In this document: in pieces, positions 24,330 through 26,444 of the stretch | How the letters are laid out: each line of letters begins with the position of its first letter | Numbering within the stretch: the first letter of the stretch is position 1 | Source of the DNA: Candidatus Nanohalobium sp. | GTDB taxonomy: Archaea > Nanohalarchaeota > Nanosalinia > Nanosalinales > Nanosalinaceae | Length of the DNA stretch: 26,444 nt | NCBI GenBank assembly: GCA_042217545.1 | Contig: JBDGSM010000056.1 | Location: 1 to 26,444, forward strand | Direction: 5' to 3' | The notes under the pieces: model-generated | What the model saw: only the letters and a program-made list of their open reading frames with translations | Told to the model about the DNA's origin: nothing | Database searches by the model: none | Program-made: the position numbers and the translations under genes

Positions 24330-26444
24330 TTACGTGAAGCCCTGGAAGGCCTGTTCCTCTGCTTCCTCGACTTCTTCCTCTTCCTCAACCAGCAACTCGC
24401 TCACCTTCGCCACAGCATTCTCAAGAGGCGCAAGCGAAAACTCGTACTGATCCAGCGTGGTCTGAACAGTTTCAACAGGGCCTTCAAGGAACCCATACTC
24501 CTCGGTCAACGCATCCAGATCCAGATAGTACTCGTCACTGAAGTACGTGACATATGCAAGGCCTGAACCGCCGAGAGCTACGAAAACCAGTAGGAAAAGG
24601 CCTACAGTCTGGTTCCACTGGGCCTTCTGATGCTCCTTCTTCACCTGCCTGAAACTTGCATAGGCCGAGCTGTAATCGCTGCTGATGTTTTCAAGACTAC
24701 TATCAACCTTGTAAAGAGCACCATCCTCCTTCGCACGCTTCGCCGCCTTCATATCAGAGAAGAAACCGGAAGTATTCGAGTCAAGCCTTTTCTCCCGAGA
24801 ACTTGAAAGGCCTGAATCCTTCAAACCAGTGACATTATCCTTCAAGGCCTTGTACAACCCGATATACTTGCTGTACTTTGAACTAATGTTTTTCCGCTGC
24901 TCCTTGTTAGCCTCAACCACTAAACGGACAGTCCGGGAAGTATCAGGGCTTTCAGTGGAGAGATCAACTTTATGCACGCCGAGATCGCCAGGAACAGTAT
25001 CAATGCTGAAGATCGACTTCGCTCTTTCACCAGGCTTCAAACCGTCCAGAGACCTGGAGCTGTTCGCAATATCCGACCTCAGATTCAACTGCATACCTCC
25101 GATGTAGAGCTGGCCAGTATTCGAAACATTGACCCTGACAGTCCTCGAATCGCCCGCCGTAACATCCAACTCCTTATCAACACCTATACTCACCTTCGGA
25201 GAAGCAGAAGGCATAAAATTGAAATCCAGACTCCTCTGACTACTCGTCCTACCGGCCTCATCAACAGCCCACGCATAAACAGTATGCTCACCTGCAGAAA
25301 GGCCTGAAGTATTCACACGGAACTCACCGTCCACCTCGGAAACATTCACACCCCGCTCAAGATCAAGCTCCGAATCATCGATCTGATAATGAATCTTCGA
25401 GACATTGAGGCCTTCTACATCCTTCGTATCGTAGGCATCGTACTTAACCTGGAAATCAGAGTTGAAAACCCCGACAACTGTGGAAAGGTTCCCCAGAGTC
25501 GGAGGAGCGATATCGAAGTAATAATTTCCTACCTGCTTGGGCACAGAGTTCCCGGCAGCGTCCACCAGCTTCAGCGAGACATCGAACTGCATCTCTCCTC
25601 TCGCATAAGGATCAAGCTCGCAGATAAAGTCCGTCTTCGTATCAGTAACGAACTTCGCATCACTGTCAAACTCTCTTTCCCCATTATTGAACAGACATTT
25701 CACAGAGATAGCCGAATCCTCTCCTGAAGGCTGGAGAGTTATCGGAATCTTAAAACTTTCATCACTCGGGCCAATCCTGTAAACACCAGGCTTATGACCC
25801 TCAGCAATCTCCGGAGAAGTATCGCCATCATAACTCGTATCAACAGTAAACTGTGTAGAACCATTGTTCCAGTTCCCAACACTATCGCTAACAGAATAAC
25901 TCACAGTATAGGTCTCCCTGTGAGTAAGGCCTGAAAGACTCACAGAAGAATCATCTGCCTGATCAACAACATCTCCATCAGAATCAGTAACCCTGATACT
26001 TTCGGTGGAAGTCTTCACGCTCGAAGTCTGGTCTGACGCATCAAAACTTATTTCAGGAGAACTATCGGAAATCAACGCACCATCCGAAGGACTAACACTC
26101 ACCGACGGAGCATCTGTATCAATAGTAAGAGAAATTTCATCCAAGGTATAATTACCGTTCTGCGAAATATTCGCCCGGAAAGTATATGGGCCTGACTGAA
26201 TTATAGTTCCACTAATCTCTTTATAGTAAGTGCCGCCGCTCTTCTTAACGTCCTGCAACTCCTCAAAATCACTTGAATCAGGGTACTGAATCCATAGCGT
26301 TACATCGTCAGCTGTAGAGTTCTGGAATGTTAGGTTGATAGGTTCTGAGTAAGTTTTGCCTCCGTTAATACCTGTCCACGCGGCTGAAGCAGTTGTGAGG
26401 GTTAGTGCGAGAATGAGTGTGAGGAGGCCTGTTTTGTGGATTAG
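24330..26444 (-). CDS. Cell-surface protein with Ig-like/CARDB-like domains and a C-terminal TM; start lies just beyond the window
   Basis: Frame is open to 26444 (LIHKTGLLTLILALTLTTASAAW..., a signal peptide). Repeats DTDAPSV / DIAPPTL, DxxGN motifs, VxVSNTG, many N-x-S/T sequons, TM VGLFLLVFVALGG and an acidic tail. Confidence 0.85.
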   Translation of the reverse strand, partial: LIHKTGLLTLILALTLTTASAAWTGINGGKTYSEPINLTFQNSTADDVTLWIQYPDSSDFEELQDVKKSGGTYYKEISGTIIQSGPYTFRANISQNGNYTLDEISLTIDTDAPSVSVSPSDGALISDSSPEISFDASDQTSSVKTSTESIRVTDSDGDVVDQADDSSVSLSGLTHRETYTVSYSVSDSVGNWNNGSTQFTVDTSYDGDTSPEIAEGHKPGVYRIGPSDESFKIPITLQPSGEDSAISVKCLFNNGEREFDSDAKFVTDTKTDFICELDPYARGEMQFDVSLKLVDAAGNSVPKQVGNYYFDIAPPTLGNLSTVVGVFNSDFQVKYDAYDTKDVEGLNVSKIHYQIDDSELDLERGVNVSEVDGEFRVNTSGLSAGEHTVYAWAVDEAGRTSSQRSLDFNFMPSASPKVSIGVDKELDVTAGDSRTVRVNVSNTGQLYIGGMQLNLRSDIANSSRSLDGLKPGERAKSIFSIDTVPGDLGVHKVDLSTESPDTSRTVRLVVEANKEQRKNISSKYSKYIGLYKALKDNVTGLKDSGLSSSREKRLDSNTSGFFSDMKAAKRAKEDGALYKVDSSLENISSDYSSAYASFRQVKKEHQKAQWNQTVGLFLLVFVALGGSGLAYVTYFSDEYYLDLDALTEEYGFLEGPVETVQTTLDQYEFSLAPLENAVAKVSELLVEEEEEVEEAEEQAFQGFT

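Larger units (their letters stand above)
46..26430. repeat. Dispersed highly iterated palindrome AGGCCT (about 88 copies)
   Basis: Hand count of about 88 exact copies, first at 46-51 and last at 26425-26430. About 6 are expected from ~48% GC. Copies occur in all three codon phases and in intergenic DNA. Confidence 0.9.

Overview
Gene-dense archaeal window with a strongly acidic proteome, very short intergenic gaps, TATA boxes and GGTGA Shine-Dalgarno motifs. The combination best fits a Nanohaloarchaeota-type (DPANN) halophile, which is inferred, not confirmed. Contents: trm1; a complete contiguous A-type ATP synthase operon (H-I-K-E-C-F-A-B-D); a nucleotidyltransferase/HEPN-like fusion; an operon of a coiled-coil/HTH protein and a giant TIM-barrel protein, divergent from a secreted coiled-coil, membrane protein, MoxR, DUF58 and metallophosphoesterase cluster; an MFS transporter; a histone-fold protein; an HTH regulator; and a truncated Ig-repeat surface protein. 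Two signals are not explained by the genes. (1) Three related ~50-60 nt double-hairpin elements sit at the starts of atpA (two in tandem) and atpB. Each is read as a tiny upstream ORF ending G-[G/D]-F-TGA and supplies a hairpin-embedded SD plus an in-frame ATG. (2) The palindrome AGGCCT is about 15-fold over-represented (about 88 copies by hand count versus about 6 expected), in all reading frames and in intergenic DNA, resembling cyanobacterial HIP1. One copy coincides with an in-frame TAA in an apparent gene. No tRNA, rRNA, CRISPR array or transposase was recognised.
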